A stretch of DNA of 43,121 nucleotides from an uncultured Gammaproteobacteria bacterium (lineage in GTDB: Bacteria > Patescibacteriota > Microgenomatia > PFEM01 > JAHIFH01): NCBI GenBank assembly GCA_964585895.1, contig CAZPFP010000002.1:1-43121 (forward strand), read 5' to 3'. The first letter of the stretch is position 1, and each line of letters starts with the position of its first letter. The notes under the pieces were generated by a model. That model did no database searches. It saw only the letters and a program-made list of their open reading frames with translations, and had not been told where the DNA came from. This document shows positions 40,980 through 43,121 of the stretch, piece after piece. Position numbers and translations under genes: made by a program.

Positions 40980-41651
40980 TTATATCATTTCCCCATAGTA
41001 ATCAGCAATCGCTTCTATCGCCATTAAAATTCTTTCCTTTAATGGTGTCTCGTAAACATACAGCCCACAAGTTCCGTGACCAAACCCTTTATGATCAATG
41101 TCTGCCTTTTTACTTTTTTTAACATAAGGCTTAATGAATTGAGAAAGAGGAATATTTAATTGCTTGCTCCAAAAATACTTCTCAATATCTATGTCCATAT
41201 CCTCATATAAATGCAGGTCTACTTTAATTTTTTTCTTAGGAATTTTAAGTGAACGAGTCATCCAATATAGCGTGAATTTAATCACTTGAGGATCACTGTT
41301 ATTGAGACCCACTTTATGATAAGTAGCTTTGGCACCTTCTCCCCAATAGAGGAAAAGTCCCGCAATAAAAAATTCTTTCTCAGAAAGCGGCAACCACTTT
41401 CTTTTTTCCTCGCTATAAAACCCCATCAATCTTTTTTCTCTCTTTCTCCTCATCGTCTCTCTAAATTTTTCTATTCTCGTTTCGCTCCGACCCCGAAGCT
41501 CATTAATCCTTTCCTTGCTTAATGGATAATCCCTCAGCCAATAACTTAAAGTGCTTTTGCTTACGCCAAGCGTTTTCTTTATTTGACTATAGCTCATTTT
41601 CTTCTTTAGCCTGAGCTCTAAGGCTTTTTGTCTTTCCTTTACTTTCGCCAT
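40980..41651 (-). CDS. HTH plus LAGLIDADG-like homing-endonuclease-family protein
   Basis: ORF track, 223 aa. The N-terminal HTH is MSYSQIKKTLGVSKSTLSYWLRD. FIAGLFLYWGEGAK resembles the LAGLIDADG dodecapeptide. Confidence 0.6.
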   Translation of the reverse strand: MAKVKERQKALELRLKKKMSYSQIKKTLGVSKSTLSYWLRDYPLSKERINELRGRSETRIEKFRETMRRKREKRLMGFYSEEKRKWLPLSEKEFFIAGLFLYWGEGAKATYHKVGLNNSDPQVIKFTLYWMTRSLKIPKKKIKVDLHLYEDMDIDIEKYFWSKQLNIPLSQFIKPYVKKSKKADIDHKGFGHGTCGLYVYETPLKERILMAIEAIADYYGEMI

Positions 41652-41728
41652 AATAGAACCATTGAAGACTAATCCAGTAATAACAATTCAATGGTACTAA
41701 TTTATAGAAAGAAAATCAAATTTTGAAG

Positions 41729-43121
41729 CTAAAGTCGAGCTCGTTGAGCAACGTCTGATTCCACAATCTCTCTATCTCTCCCGTATTTCAGTCGTGAAAG
41801 TTGCTTAATCATTTTGGCTACTTTTGGATTAGCTTGCTTTAACTGGGCCTCCATATTTTTAGTCACATCCATGGAAAATGCCGGTACCGGCTCATTATCG
41901 ACAATCGTCTTAATGTAAACGTGGAAGCGGTCAATGTTTAACAAATCATCTTCAGCAAAAGTGGGCTGGAATTCACGTTGTAAATAGTTAGCATCCGTTA
42001 CTCCTACCCGAAAAGCAATAATCGTGCCGACGTTACCAAAGATAGCATTTTTCACCTCATCTTCCATTTGACCAATAAACTGGTTGGCCACGGTTAGATT
42101 AAGTTTGAACTTCCTCGCCTCAGAAAGAATCTGGGCAAAGTCCGGAGTGGCAAAATTTTGAAACTCATCAACATAAAGATAAAAATCACGTCTTTTTTCC
42201 GCGGGAATATCTTGGCGAGACATGGCGGCAATCAAAATCCGGGGAATTAAAACCAAACCCAAGAAGTTCGAGTTCTCCTCCCCTATCTTGCCTTTGGCTA
42301 AATTAATAATTAAAATCTTGCCCTCATCCATCACTTTTCTGAAATCAAAAGAAGATTTTGACTGACCAATAATATTGCGCATCATTTTGTTGGTGACAAA
42401 TCTACCAAATTTGGAAACAGTGTAATCCAAAACTTCAGACTTATGGAAATCAGCCGTCTTGGCAATTTGGTCAGTCCAATAACGGCGGACAATCGGGTCT
42501 TTGACTTTAGGCAATAACTCCTGAACAAACTTAGAATCAGTCATTGCTCTAACCACTTCCACAAAAGTGTTGCCCGGCTCAGCCATCACGGTTAACATTG
42601 CATTCCTAATCCCGTGTTCAAACCTCGGGCCAATAATCCCGGTTTTGTAAGGGTCATAAAGTTTGTACATTAAGTTAATAATCGCTGAGGTGATAAAATG
42701 CTGCTCTTCTTCAGTTTCAGCTTCAAGCAAGTTCAAGCCCATTGGTCGTTCAGAATCCGAGGGGTCAAAATAAATAACGTCTTCAGCTCGTTCCGGGGGA
42801 ATATAAGCGAGCAAATCTTCAGCTAAATCATGGGGATCAATTAAACAAACCCCTTTGCCGGCTCGGATATCCTGGAGAACCATGTCTCGTAAAAGCTCAC
42901 TTTTACCGGTCCCGGTTTTACCAATAATGTAAGCGTGGCGACGACGGTCGTCATCACTAATATGAACAGGGCGAGTTACCCCTCGATAAACGCTCTTGCC
43001 TAAATAAAGTCCTTTTTCGGCTATCTTGGCTGGTGCTGGCGCTCTTTTAGCATAAAGCCAATAGATATGAGGTGTTTCTACCTGTTTGTTGGGAAAATGG
43101 AAAATAGTCGCTATTTCTTCG
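41729..43121 (-). CDS. VirD4/TraG/TraD-like coupling-protein ATPase (type IV secretion/DNA transfer); the 5' end runs off the window
   Basis: The ORF track starts at an internal Met (42883). Hand translation shows the frame stays open to nt 43121 and includes Walker A GKTGTGKS (42899-42922). The Walker B-like motif is YLYVDEFQNF. Confidence 0.8.
   Translation of the reverse strand, partial: EEIATIFHFPNKQVETPHIYWLYAKRAPAPAKIAEKGLYLGKSVYRGVTRPVHISDDDRRRHAYIIGKTGTGKSELLRDMVLQDIRAGKGVCLIDPHDLAEDLLAYIPPERAEDVIYFDPSDSERPMGLNLLEAETEEEQHFITSAIINLMYKLYDPYKTGIIGPRFEHGIRNAMLTVMAEPGNTFVEVVRAMTDSKFVQELLPKVKDPIVRRYWTDQIAKTADFHKSEVLDYTVSKFGRFVTNKMMRNIIGQSKSSFDFRKVMDEGKILIINLAKGKIGEENSNFLGLVLIPRILIAAMSRQDIPAEKRRDFYLYVDEFQNFATPDFAQILSEARKFKLNLTVANQFIGQMEDEVKNAIFGNVGTIIAFRVGVTDANYLQREFQPTFAEDDLLNIDRFHVYIKTIVDNEPVPAFSMDVTKNMEAQLKQANPKVAKMIKQLSRLKYGRDREIVESDVAQRARL

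Overview
This is a gene-dense 43.1 kb bacterial chromosomal segment. It is AT-rich (roughly 40 percent GC by eye, not computed). Almost every gene from nt 1 to 38.5 kb lies on the minus strand, and many neighbours overlap or sit 1-8 nt apart, so transcription is probably in long polycistronic runs. The gene content suggests an ultrasmall Patescibacteria/CPR-type genome; this is inference only. It comprises a lean housekeeping set, an archaeal/eukaryotic-type ATP-dependent DNA ligase, an EndoQ-like PHP nuclease, a stand-alone 5'-3' exonuclease, an HTH-LAGLIDADG gene, a VirD4-like ATPase and several short acidic orphan proteins. Left to right the window contains: (1) an envelope-glycan corner, with a GT2 synthase fused to two transposase-like HTH modules, a membrane-tethered HTH protein and a polytopic membrane protein; (2) a 1.17 kb ORF-free decay zone; (3) a four-gene ATP-grasp operon; (4) a thiol-redox island (DsbA-like, ferredoxin, orphan, TrxB, TrxA); (5) mixed housekeeping, repair and transport genes (SDR, DUF72, AcyP, MGMT, MFS, Pth, PRTase, EndoQ-like, CaCA, P-type ATPase, DNA ligase, Fic, NAD(P)HX dehydratase, RecF, Fpg, GT4, FEN-like exonuclease, FtsH, GNAT, tRNA-binding protein, TrpS); (6) a tRNA-rich right end (tRNA-Trp, two CAT-anticodon tRNAs, tRNA-Ile UAU, one truncated tRNA) with FtsB-like, Xer-type recombinase, HTH-LAGLIDADG and a partial VirD4-like coupling ATPase. 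No rRNA, CRISPR array or intact IS element was seen. Two candidates stand out. (a) At 38551-38704 a consensus promoter is followed by a leaderless 19-codon ORF with tandem Trp codons and by mutually exclusive terminator/antiterminator pairings, directly upstream of tRNA-Trp and trpS. I read this as a candidate ribosome-mediated attenuator gating both the cognate tRNA and its synthetase. (b) At 5654-9378 an operon encodes a 7TM protein, an ATP-grasp ligase fused to a DTG retropepsin-like protease, and two RimK-like ligases. I read this as a candidate membrane-associated peptide or poly-amino-acid tailing and trimming system with unknown substrate. All calls come from reading the sequence and the ORF track; no searches or folding programs were run.
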